Shown here piece after piece: positions 8,597 through 17,160 of a stretch of DNA of 21,941 nucleotides; within the stretch, counting starts at the first letter, position 1; every line of letters starts with the position of its first letter. This stretch comes from a virus (taxonomy: Duplodnaviria > Heunggongvirae > Uroviricota > Caudoviricetes). A program made the position numbers and the translations under genes. Under the pieces are notes generated by a model, which saw nothing but the letters and a program-made list of their open reading frames with translations, had not been told where the DNA came from and did not search any database. The stretch lies in IMG/VR virus record IMGVR_UViG_3300043433_000105, positions 64,001-85,941 of that record. One strand, written 5' to 3'.

Positions 8597-8666
8597 TAAA
8601 TAGAAATGACAGTCGCGAAAGTTCGAAGTTCCCACTGTCTCTACTCAACCAACATGAAAGGCTTAT
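8597..8666 (+). promoter_or_regulatory. conserved HEG leader copy 1 (TAAATA + hairpin + RBS)
   Basis: 22-nt and 32-nt blocks identical to 20633-20612 and 20600-20569 on the minus strand. Confidence 0.85.
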
Positions 8667-9479
8667 ATGAGCAGCAAAGATATTTATAGGTTTTATGTAT
8701 ACGCATACCTGCGTTCTAGTGATTCTAACACAGCCAAAGCTGGTACACCATACTATATTGGTAAGGGGTGTGGAAACCGAGCTTGGGCTAAACATTCAAA
8801 CGTAAGTAAACCAAAGGATATTACAAAAATTGTAATATTAGAATCAAACCTTTCAGAAATTGGGTCACTTGCTATTGAACGTAGATTAATTTCTTGGTGG
8901 GGTAAAAAGAATGATAATGGTATACTTTTAAATAAAACCGATGGTGGTAATGGGTTTGCAGGCATTGCCAGAAAAAAAGGTTACATATTATGTAAAAACA
9001 GCGATGGGGCTATATACAAAGCTAAAAAAGATGACCCTAAAATTAAATCAAGAGAGTTTTTACCATTTGCGTCTGAAATGGTTGCAGCTTTTAATAAAAA
9101 TGGCGAAAATGTTTTTATAGCAAGTGACGAATACTCAACAGGAGAGTATACCAGATCATCAACAGGTAAATCCTGTTACTTAGATGCCGATGGTAATATC
9201 GTGTATAGAAGTAAAGATGCTGATGAAGTAAAAAGTGGTATTTTAAAATCAATTTTTAAAAACACGATACCAGTTGTTAATACAATAACCGGCGAGTATA
9301 CACGTATTTCAAGAGATGATCCGTTATATGTAAATGGCACGTTTGTGCATATAAACAAAGGAAAACCTATGCCAAATGCAAAAACAGATCATATGAATAT
9401 AAGTGTCTCATGTATTTTCTGCAGAAAATTAGTTAATGGTATTGGTAATCTTAAAAGATGGCATAAAAATTGCCATTAG
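8667..9479 (+). CDS. free-standing GIY-YIG-family homing endonuclease (HEG-A)
   Basis: FYVYAYLR...PYYIGKG...R catalytic module, E in [16 protein letters not shown]; C-terminal repeats and CxxC...H...C finger; AT-rich and opposite strand. Confidence 0.85.
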   Translation: MSSKDIYRFYVYAYLRSSDSNTAKAGTPYYIGKGCGNRAWAKHSNVSKPKDITKIVILESNLSEIGSLAIERRLISWWGKKNDNGILLNKTDGGNGFAGIARKKGYILCKNSDGAIYKAKKDDPKIKSREFLPFASEMVAAFNKNGENVFIASDEYSTGEYTRSSTGKSCYLDADGNIVYRSKDADEVKSGILKSIFKNTIPVVNTITGEYTRISRDDPLYVNGTFVHINKGKPMPNAKTDHMNISVSCIFCRKLVNGIGNLKRWHKNCH

Positions 9480-9485
9480 TTTCCT

Positions 9486-10163
9486 TTATACATCATTTAC
9501 AATTGCCTTGTAGATTTCATCATCATATTTGCGCTTTGTCAACAACACCTTAGTGGCATATACCGGTGCTTGGCCCAATGAACCGTTGTATCGCAACAAC
9601 GTTTCAACTTCAGTCTTAGAACGAGCAGAATACTCCGCGATGATCTGTGTACCAACAAAGATTGCGTTCTTTGGATCGTACAGAGCTACTTCACTTGTTT
9701 TTTCACGATGCCAAGATGCAATCACCTGCATTAGCCCACGTGCGCCAGTAGGGGATGTTGCCTTATAGTCAAACTGCGATTCATTACGCATCACAGAAAG
9801 CACCAATGTAGGATCAACAGAGTGTTTAGACGCTGCTTGATAAATCCACATTGCATATTTAGTTGCAACTTCTTTGGATGTTGGTACCTTGGCGTCACGG
9901 CGAATGATATCAGCCGTAGCTTGAATCACAACAGAATCTTCACCAGACAGCGCCTTTTTGGTTTCTTCTGCAACGTAGTTTTGCTTTGCAATGTATTCTT
10001 GATACGTAGCATTGCCAACAGTGTATGCAGCGGAAGCAATTGCTATGATTACGATAGCAATAAACCATTTAGCTCCTTGAACCCAGCGGTTCTTTTTAAC
10101 TTGGATGACAGCATCACCAAATGCATTGGTGATTTTTAGATTGGGTAGTTTAGTTTGTTTCAT
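9486..10163 (-). CDS. lytic transglycosylase (SLT domain) with N-terminal membrane anchor
   Basis: VMRNESQF (catalytic E), GARGLMQV and YNG motifs; hydrophobic WFIAIVIIAIASAAY. Confidence 0.9.
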   Translation of the reverse strand: MKQTKLPNLKITNAFGDAVIQVKKNRWVQGAKWFIAIVIIAIASAAYTVGNATYQEYIAKQNYVAEETKKALSGEDSVVIQATADIIRRDAKVPTSKEVATKYAMWIYQAASKHSVDPTLVLSVMRNESQFDYKATSPTGARGLMQVIASWHREKTSEVALYDPKNAIFVGTQIIAEYSARSKTEVETLLRYNGSLGQAPVYATKVLLTKRKYDDEIYKAIVNDV

Positions 10164-10168
10164 ATTGT

Positions 10169-10441
10169 TTACATTTTTTGAAGTTCAGCAGCAACCAAAG
10201 AAACTTGTTTAGTCATATATGCGTCAACAACACGACCATAGGTTGCTTGGAGAAGATTGCAAGCAATAGAAATGAATGCAGAATCGTTCGGTACAGTCGA
10301 TAGGTACAAGGCTTCGTATGCATATTCAACGAAGTCTTTTTCAAATTCAGGATAAACACCAACACCTGCTGGATCGTACTTACGCAGCAGGTTTAGAATG
10401 TTGGCTTCGCGGGTTTTGATTTGGGTGTATGTTTGTGTCAT
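10169..10441 (-). CDS. hypothetical protein, weak DUF1871-like pattern
   Basis: LLRKYDPAG...EY..E; start reassigned to ATG 10441. Confidence 0.6.
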   Translation of the reverse strand: MTQTYTQIKTREANILNLLRKYDPAGVGVYPEFEKDFVEYAYEALYLSTVPNDSAFISIACNLLQATYGRVVDAYMTKQVSLVAAELQKM

Positions 10442-10447
10442 GCCCAA

Positions 10448-10459
10448 ATTATAGCACAG
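10448..10459 (-). promoter_or_regulatory. extended -10 promoter (CTGTGCTATAAT)
   Basis: 12 nt identical to the promoter at 364-375. Confidence 0.75.
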
Positions 10460-10460
10460 T

Positions 10461-11492
10461 TTAATCTACTTCAACAAATTTTTCTGAAATAGATTCAAAA
10501 ATAACTCGACCATCACCTTCTTTTGTTGGTCGGTACTTTCCACGTGGAAGAACAGTGACAATATTCAGCTTCTTAGATTCATGATCCACGTGAGTGACAT
10601 AGCCTTGATCCATGTGACGACTAAACATTACATGGTAACCAGAAGGTACACCATGTTTATGAATAGCAGCAACAGATTTGTCATGCAGTTTATTCCAGTC
10701 ATCAGTAGAAAACTCAGGCCGACGATCAGCCGCTTGTGCTGCAGGGTGTGTGTTTGGAACCACTGTCCAGCCACCGGTTGAGTAGTGACTACGATTGAAT
10801 CGTGACTTTGATGCCTTGAAATGATCCTCTGCAGTTGCCTCAGTGATCTTTAACCCCTGTTTACCAAGCATAATCTTAGTCTTTTTCTCTCCACCAAGTT
10901 CACGAGAGTACATAAAGTGCTTTAACTCAGGATGGCGAACAACTTCTGGATCGTTATCATCAGGACGTTCAATTTTATTACCACGAGATGCGTGAAACTT
11001 CTCAGCATCCTCGTAACTACGTGCAAAATCTCCAATGGAAACCATTTTCTTCAAAAAAGATAATGATTTACCAGAAACTTCCATGTGGGCGCGTTGCTTT
11101 CTCAAATCAGCATCAACAACTTTAGCAGCAGATGCCTTTCCTTCTGGAGTACCATCAGTTGCGATAGCAACACGTTTACGTCCATTCGAATCCTTGTACA
11201 TTGCGACACTGCGGATTTTACCATCTTGTTTATGCAATTTCCACATAGGAATATTATGAACCATACTTTCAGGTGATTCAAACCCAGTGCCCTTGATACC
11301 ACCTTGGTCAGCATATGCTTTACTCAGCATGGCATGAACTTCTTCAGCATGGGCACGTTTTTTATCTACATCGGAAGGTAGAAAGTTATGAAATCCCTCA
11401 TTCAATAAACGAAAATCAGAAAACCGTAGAGCTACGGTAACATTTTCAAAGATTATTTCATCCGAGTTGATTTGATCTGAATTTCCAGTCAT
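10461..11492 (-). CDS. two-domain hypothetical protein, possible capsid-internal protein
   Basis: Long ORF; LLNE-G and ITE-A protease-site-like boundaries; His-rich. Confidence 0.7.
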   Translation of the reverse strand: MTGNSDQINSDEIIFENVTVALRFSDFRLLNEGFHNFLPSDVDKKRAHAEEVHAMLSKAYADQGGIKGTGFESPESMVHNIPMWKLHKQDGKIRSVAMYKDSNGRKRVAIATDGTPEGKASAAKVVDADLRKQRAHMEVSGKSLSFLKKMVSIGDFARSYEDAEKFHASRGNKIERPDDNDPEVVRHPELKHFMYSRELGGEKKTKIMLGKQGLKITEATAEDHFKASKSRFNRSHYSTGGWTVVPNTHPAAQAADRRPEFSTDDWNKLHDKSVAAIHKHGVPSGYHVMFSRHMDQGYVTHVDHESKKLNIVTVLPRGKYRPTKEGDGRVIFESISEKFVEVD

Positions 11493-11973
11493 TTACGATA
11501 ATTTCCATGTTAGTTGGGGTCATTCTATGACCACCATATGTGTTGATCATTTTTGACTTACCTGCATATTTATTACAAGCAAATTCTGGATCAACAACAG
11601 TATCATCAAGAGACAGTAAAACAGTACGATCAATATTTGAATTGATCAAAACATCACGATAAAGATTGGTAACAGTTTCGGGTAACCCATACTTTTTCAG
11701 AGACTCGCGAGGATTCAAAGAAGGGTTGTACAGTGTCAAAGATACAGAAATAATCGAAGCAATACGCTCCGCATACCAGCCGCCCAAAGAAGACGCAATG
11801 ATATGAATTGGTTCATCTATTGTTTTTAGATAGCTGACAATGTTCAAAATAGACGACATTGGTGCATTACTGTCATAAGTCAAGCATTCAATGTCTGGAA
11901 TAGCTGCCTTGAAGTCTAGAAATGTCTGAGACTTCGGGGAAGAGCCATAACCATGAATATAAAAAGTTTTCAT
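11458..11973 (-). CDS. YqiA/YcfP-like alpha/beta hydrolase (esterase)
   Basis: YIHGYGSS, ASSLGG nucleophile elbow, DTVV and GGHRM (Ser-Asp-His triad); ATG 11973 with AAGGA RBS. Confidence 0.85.
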   Translation of the reverse strand: MKTFYIHGYGSSPKSQTFLDFKAAIPDIECLTYDSNAPMSSILNIVSYLKTIDEPIHIIASSLGGWYAERIASIISVSLTLYNPSLNPRESLKKYGLPETVTNLYRDVLINSNIDRTVLLSLDDTVVDPEFACNKYAGKSKMINTYGGHRMTPTNMEIIVNDWKFRSNQLG

Positions 11974-11997
11974 CTTGTTTTCCTTATCGATGAAACA

Positions 11998-12009
11998 ATT
12001 ATACCACAA
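11998..12009 (-). promoter_or_regulatory. extended -10 promoter (TTGTGGTATAAT)
   Basis: Perfect TATAAT with a TG extension, directly after the upstream stop codon. Confidence 0.7.
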
Positions 12010-12468
12010 TTATTCTTGTTTCTGAAAATATTTATACACATGCGCCTTTGCTACTCGCATGTTTACGATACCGTTGTAAGTTTCATCATACGAAATTTCC
12101 ATCACTCTTGCTGCAAACTGATATTTGGCTTCGAGGTATGACGCATGAGACTTACTCAAACAAAATTCTAAAATCTCTCGGGTAAAGGCATCCTCACCCA
12201 AAGTTTCAACATCCTTCAACAACTCGGTAGAACTACCCCAGTAGGTAGGCCAGTCAGAAGGTACCAGACTCTTGATCTTCTTTACTTTTTTGTTGCCATT
12301 CTTTAGCTTAACCGTTTTTTGTGTGGTTTTCTGAAAGAAGCAAAGTTTTTTTCCGAGGTAAAATTTACCATCAGATTTCCGTGTAATCTTGTACACAAAA
12401 GAAAAAGCATCGCTAGGTATTTGATCCTGCGATGCTATTGTAACACCGTTGTATGTCCACTGACTCAT
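12010..12468 (-). CDS. GIY-YIG nuclease, DenA/endonuclease II-like conserved T4-like phage protein
   Basis: FVYKIT...FYLGKK, YWGSS, FTREIL, YLEAKYQF and YNG motifs; AGGAG RBS; genome-typical GC. Confidence 0.75.
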   Translation of the reverse strand: MSQWTYNGVTIASQDQIPSDAFSFVYKITRKSDGKFYLGKKLCFFQKTTQKTVKLKNGNKKVKKIKSLVPSDWPTYWGSSTELLKDVETLGEDAFTREILEFCLSKSHASYLEAKYQFAARVMEISYDETYNGIVNMRVAKAHVYKYFQKQE

Positions 12469-12488
12469 AGATTTCTCCTATAAGTCAG

Positions 12489-12495
12489 TATTTAT
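12489..12495 (-). promoter_or_regulatory. late promoter-like ATAAATA
   Basis: Lies in the 30-nt gap before the GIY-YIG gene. Confidence 0.4.
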
Positions 12496-12497
12496 TG

Positions 12498-12752
12498 TTA
12501 TGTCAAAACTTTACGCAACTCAGGTAAAGAACCAACAAACTCACCATTCGGTAATGTAATGACAGGTGCCATACGAATATTGGAATACTGCTGCTTTAGT
12601 GCTTGCAGTTCAACATATTCGACATCAGGCTTTTTATCCTGCCCAACATCAATTTGTTTTTCGATGTATGTTTTGCCCTTGGATTTAATAAGAGCCTTGG
12701 CTTGGTCACACTGCACACATGCAGGTTTTGAATAAACTACGAAATCACTCAT
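12498..12752 (-). CDS. nrdC: glutaredoxin (NrdC/NrdH-like)
   Basis: YSKPACVQC, APVI and FVG motifs; follows nrdB. Confidence 0.9.
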   Translation of the reverse strand: MSDFVVYSKPACVQCDQAKALIKSKGKTYIEKQIDVGQDKKPDVEYVELQALKQQYSNIRMAPVITLPNGEFVGSLPELRKVLT

Positions 12753-13852
12753 TAAAAATCTACCTCAAATGTTTTACCAGAATCGTCGTTCACAATTGTG
12801 TTAACCTTATATGCATTATTGACTTCTTCTTGTGGAGCAGCCTGCACGTTACCGATATTTACCCAGTCTTCAAGGTGAGGACATGGGTTCTTTGTAGGAA
12901 AAACGTAATCGCTGTTCAAATCCAAAAACTTATCAACATCACGAGCATTGAACAAAACCCATTGCTTCATTGTTGCTGCAGTAGCACCGGTCAAGGATCG
13001 ACCCTCAGAAAACATATAGTCAATGAAGGTAAATTCTGATTGCAAAACTTCCTCAAAAAGCTGCTTGATCTTAGGCAACTGACGTTTGTACGATGCTTGA
13101 CCACGTGCCGTTTTAAGTTCGATTTTCAGAACTTCCTTGTCAGCTTTTGCATGGATTTCTAGTTCATCTTGACAGATTTTTTGAACTGCTTTACCAATAG
13201 CTTGAAACAGGCCAGTAGCAGCAATCGTAAAGGTTACACCAAAAGACCCTGTAAACTGCACACGCTCCAACATGAGAAGTGCGCAATACATCAAAAAAAT
13301 CGAATCATATAATTCGTCTAAATCAACCTTTTCACCAGCACCATACAAAGCGCAGAGTCGTTTAGCATTTTCAAAAACAGCAACAACGTGAGTGAGGCGA
13401 TTGATTGATTCTTTCGCATCCAAAACTTCACGCAGTGCCATTTCTGGATTATCAAAGGACATACGGACAATCTCAGAATACGTAGACGCATGAACAACTT
13501 CGTTATCTGCAATTCGGCCTGTCAATGCCCAAAGGGAAGAGTCTGTAATGACGTTACCCAAAATGGTTGTAATTGTGGTTGCGGCAGAATCACCACCCCA
13601 CTGCCAAGCTAGATTGATCAACATCATCTGATATGTTGACCGGTCACAAGTTTTAAATTCTTGATTAGATTGGGAATAATCAAATTCCACTTCATCCCAA
13701 TCAAGAGATTTCAACTCTTTATACAAATCCCAAATCTTAGGATATTGCTTGTTTACTGTATTAAAAAGACCAGGCTCTACACCAAGGAAAAGGGGCGACC
13801 CCTTTTCCATGTATTCCTCAATCGTTTTTTCTGTGTTAAAAACTGTACTCAT
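12752..13852 (-). CDS. nrdB: class Ia ribonucleotide reductase beta subunit
   Basis: Ligands D (WGGDS), EVVH..Y (radical Tyr), LER and DELEIH; ATG 13852 with AAGGA RBS. Confidence 0.95.
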   Translation of the reverse strand: MSTVFNTEKTIEEYMEKGSPLFLGVEPGLFNTVNKQYPKIWDLYKELKSLDWDEVEFDYSQSNQEFKTCDRSTYQMMLINLAWQWGGDSAATTITTILGNVITDSSLWALTGRIADNEVVHASTYSEIVRMSFDNPEMALREVLDAKESINRLTHVVAVFENAKRLCALYGAGEKVDLDELYDSIFLMYCALLMLERVQFTGSFGVTFTIAATGLFQAIGKAVQKICQDELEIHAKADKEVLKIELKTARGQASYKRQLPKIKQLFEEVLQSEFTFIDYMFSEGRSLTGATAATMKQWVLFNARDVDKFLDLNSDYVFPTKNPCPHLEDWVNIGNVQAAPQEEVNNAYKVNTIVNDDSGKTFEVDF

Positions 13853-13859
13853 ATTTCCT

Positions 13860-16142
13860 TTACAAAGCGCATGATTCGCAATATTCATTTTCCTCAACTG
13901 GTTCAGTCGGGAGAGTATTTAATTGTACGGCGTTTTCACTAGAGGTCAAATCAACACCTTCCGATGTTTTTGATACCACGTAATAACGACTCTTCAAACC
14001 ATACTTAGCGATATCAAGGTAATCCTGAATAATCTGCGAAGATGAAATTTTTGTATTACCAGTAACATCAGCATAAATGTCAGCCGAAATACCTTGATCT
14101 GTCCACTTCTGTTCTACCGCATAGTTTTTAATATGGTCGGTATTTGAAATATCCCATGCAAGCTGATAATACTTACCAAGTTTTCCTGCATCCGGTGCTT
14201 CCCAATATGTTGTGGCTGTGTCGTTCGTTTTCATAATAGAAAGCGCACGAATCGCATATACACCATTGGTTGTACCGGATGCTGATGCTGATGATTCAGC
14301 AGGCATATGAGCAACAAGAACGGAGTTACGAATACCACCATTTGCAATAATTTCTTTGCGAATCCATTCCCAATCGCGCTTATTTTCTACAGTGACAAGA
14401 CTATCAACATTCTTGTTATATGTATCGAGTGGCAACCATCCTTGGGGCCATAAAGTCTTGTGCATCCATGGTGCATTACCTAGCTCTTTACCAAGACGCA
14501 AAGATGCATTCAACAAGTGCCAGTAATGTGTTTCGAATGTCTCATGAATAAAGTTGCGACCCTCTTGCGTATCGAACTTCAGATGCTTCTTAGCCATCAA
14601 GTGAGCAAGACCGATAACACCCACACCAGCACTCATGCGAGACTTAGCGGTATGCTCCAGACTCGGGAAAACATAATCTGCTTTGTGGATACAAACATCA
14701 ATCATTTTCAATGTATAGTATGCAACATCAGCATATTCTTCATCGGAATCAATGTTACCAACAACCACGCCACCGAGTGAGCAAAGACCAATCTCACCAT
14801 CACCCTCTTTGTACTCTTCGTACAACTCTTTGACTGACTTAAATCCCTTACTCACCAAACCAATTTCTTGGCAAAGATTGGATGACCAGATTGGTTCCAA
14901 AAATGGGGTGTGTCGATTCAATTCATCAGTACGGTGGTCGTACTGCACACCAGTCTCATACGCTTGACGCAGTGCATCTACAAGCACTTCACGTGCGCTT
15001 AGTTTAAAGGTAGCAGTCTTCTCATACTCAGTATAAAGACGTTCAAAAATACTCTGGTCTTTTGCATACTGTGCGTTATAAAGATCAGGGTTCGACTGAT
15101 ATGAAAATGGCGCATACATTTCATCACGTGCAACCTTACGCGCAAACAGTTTATTAGAACCAAAAGAGTAATGTGCCCCTGCAATACGTTTAGCAGCAGG
15201 AGTCATTGGATGACGCAGTTTCTGAATTGTTTTAACTTCAGGATCAAACGCTGTATAGTGAACAGTAGATGCACCACCACGACCATTTTGCAGGTTAGCA
15301 CCGATAGCACCTACCATAGCACGGTAGTAAGGTAGTTTACCTTGATGCTCAATCAAACCGCCGCGAATTGGATCACCTAATGAACGTGTCTTGATGTGCG
15401 ACCCAATACCTGCAGACATACATGTCATCATGTATGCAATATGATCACCAGCAGCCAAAGAAGGTGCAGTATCATCAGTAGTGTACACGCAGCAAGATGC
15501 ATAACCATTCAACCGAGTGCCGAGGTTTACATAGTTCGGTGTTGGTGCATTGATCTTATTTTTAGACAGGTATGTATACCACTTTTTAACATGCTCCATA
15601 CGATGCTCTTTAGGCTCGTTTTCAGCCAAAGCCATAGCCATACGCATAAACACAAACTGTGGTGTCTCATATTCCTTTTTCAGAACCTTGTTACGCAATG
15701 CATACTTGGTACGAATCTGATGAATCTGAAAGTGAGCATACTTCAAATCTTGACTATGATTAATCATAGTCTCTACTTGATCATATTCTTCTGATGAATA
15801 GTTCAAGTAGACCATCAAACCAGCGGTAAAAAGCTCCGCATGTAGTTCTCTTACAGTAGGGTGCTTCTCACCATAAAATTCACGCACTAACTGTGGTGCA
15901 TAAAGACGACCAGCCATACGGTTATATTCCCATGTCTTGCGATTCAGACATGAGTAAATAAGACCCTTTTGAAAATCCAATGTAGTGCATTGCTCACCAA
16001 GTTTGGATACAGTCTCCAGAACAACAGAACTCCAGTCAACATAGCTACCTAAAGTCTTTGCAGCAAATTCACCCCATCCATTTGCCTTTGATGCGTCATA
16101 CGCTTGAATAGTACCGTCTCTTTTAATCAGTGTTTTTAACAT
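13860..16142 (-). CDS. nrdA: class Ia ribonucleotide reductase alpha subunit
   Basis: ATP-cone-like IKRDG start, ASCC, SNLCQEI, GLCSLG, RYY and C-terminal CESC. No intron or intein is evident. Confidence 0.97.
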   Translation of the reverse strand: MLKTLIKRDGTIQAYDASKANGWGEFAAKTLGSYVDWSSVVLETVSKLGEQCTTLDFQKGLIYSCLNRKTWEYNRMAGRLYAPQLVREFYGEKHPTVRELHAELFTAGLMVYLNYSSEEYDQVETMINHSQDLKYAHFQIHQIRTKYALRNKVLKKEYETPQFVFMRMAMALAENEPKEHRMEHVKKWYTYLSKNKINAPTPNYVNLGTRLNGYASCCVYTTDDTAPSLAAGDHIAYMMTCMSAGIGSHIKTRSLGDPIRGGLIEHQGKLPYYRAMVGAIGANLQNGRGGASTVHYTAFDPEVKTIQKLRHPMTPAAKRIAGAHYSFGSNKLFARKVARDEMYAPFSYQSNPDLYNAQYAKDQSIFERLYTEYEKTATFKLSAREVLVDALRQAYETGVQYDHRTDELNRHTPFLEPIWSSNLCQEIGLVSKGFKSVKELYEEYKEGDGEIGLCSLGGVVVGNIDSDEEYADVAYYTLKMIDVCIHKADYVFPSLEHTAKSRMSAGVGVIGLAHLMAKKHLKFDTQEGRNFIHETFETHYWHLLNASLRLGKELGNAPWMHKTLWPQGWLPLDTYNKNVDSLVTVENKRDWEWIRKEIIANGGIRNSVLVAHMPAESSASASGTTNGVYAIRALSIMKTNDTATTYWEAPDAGKLGKYYQLAWDISNTDHIKNYAVEQKWTDQGISADIYADVTGNTKISSSQIIQDYLDIAKYGLKSRYYVVSKTSEGVDLTSSENAVQLNTLPTEPVEENEYCESCAL

Positions 16143-17153
16143 CTAAACCTTTTTCCATTCGTTAAATTTCATCATACCCATGAGGCCTTGATATGTGTTT
16201 GCTTCGATTATCTTCAGTGGGTCTTTACCCGCTTTAACCAAATCGTTGATATCTACTTTCTTTGCACCAGAATTGGGCCAAATAACAACTTTGTATCCCT
16301 CATCAAGTGCCTTCTTGTACATCAAAACAATATCCTTGTTTCTTGGTTCACAGTCAAATATAAGCGTAATTTTGTCTTTGTCAACGCCTAGCTTTTTAGC
16401 GGTTGAAAGTAGACCAGCATTAACCGAAGCAAGACAGTTCGGTAAAAATAATGAATCCAACGGCCCTTCAACCAATAATATATTCTTTTTTCGTGTCACC
16501 CGATCTATGCCAAATATAGTGGGCATTTTCTTGTCGATGTTGACAGTGAGGTATTTATGGGTGGATTTACCTGTAAGGTCGCGACCTTGATAAGCAAAAA
16601 TATTGCCCTGCTTATCAAAAAACGGGATGATCAATCGTGGGCCTTCAGGTGCCTTTGCCATTTCAGGATTGAACTGTGCGGAAAACTCAGAAAACTTCTC
16701 CGCATAGTAAAAGGGGTATTTAGGTAGCTGTCTGGAAGCCACATAACGCGCTACGTCGCTGTTTTCAGGCATGTCCGATACAAGCTCTAGGTCAAGCTCT
16801 GAAAACGTGTCCTGCGCCTGTTTAACGCTTTCCTGAGTGGTTGCCTTACTTGTTATGACTGCACCACCATCACCATTGACGCGATATTTTTCAAATTTGT
16901 AGTCACCAAACAGGTCTGGTTCATACAGATTCATATATGCGCCAATAGGCAAGGCTAGGCCACAATTAAAACACGTACACATGACAGTATCGCCAAGTGT
17001 ACGCATATGAAATCGCATCTTACTTTTGGATTCTTTGGAATCCCCACAAACACCGCAACGGCCTTGAAAGTGAAATGGGTTCTCGTTTTTCAACCGACCC
17101 CGCTCTACCCTCTGTCCTACCATCTTGGCATACTTAATATCAATGAAAAGCAT
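16143..17153 (-). CDS. 61: T4 gp61-like DNA primase
   Basis: RCGVCGDS...CFNCG zinc finger, RLIIPF, YQGR, VEGPLDSLF and KVDIND. Confidence 0.95.
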   Translation of the reverse strand: MLFIDIKYAKMVGQRVERGRLKNENPFHFQGRCGVCGDSKESKSKMRFHMRTLGDTVMCTCFNCGLALPIGAYMNLYEPDLFGDYKFEKYRVNGDGGAVITSKATTQESVKQAQDTFSELDLELVSDMPENSDVARYVASRQLPKYPFYYAEKFSEFSAQFNPEMAKAPEGPRLIIPFFDKQGNIFAYQGRDLTGKSTHKYLTVNIDKKMPTIFGIDRVTRKKNILLVEGPLDSLFLPNCLASVNAGLLSTAKKLGVDKDKITLIFDCEPRNKDIVLMYKKALDEGYKVVIWPNSGAKKVDINDLVKAGKDPLKIIEANTYQGLMGMMKFNEWKKV

Positions 17154-17160
17154 TACGACC

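Noticed and set aside
8577-8795. N-terminal extension of the 128-aa minus ORF and the similar 20405-20587 plus ORF
   Set aside because: Antisense shadows of the homologous HEG starts; the real small gene begins at 8576.
12010-12468. Fourth mobile homing endonuclease
   Set aside because: Short, co-oriented, genome-typical in GC and lacking the HEG leader or DNA-binding repeats; better read as a resident DenA-like nuclease.
12752-16142. Introns or inteins in nrdA/nrdB
   Set aside because: Both ORFs are continuous, of normal length and have all catalytic motifs.
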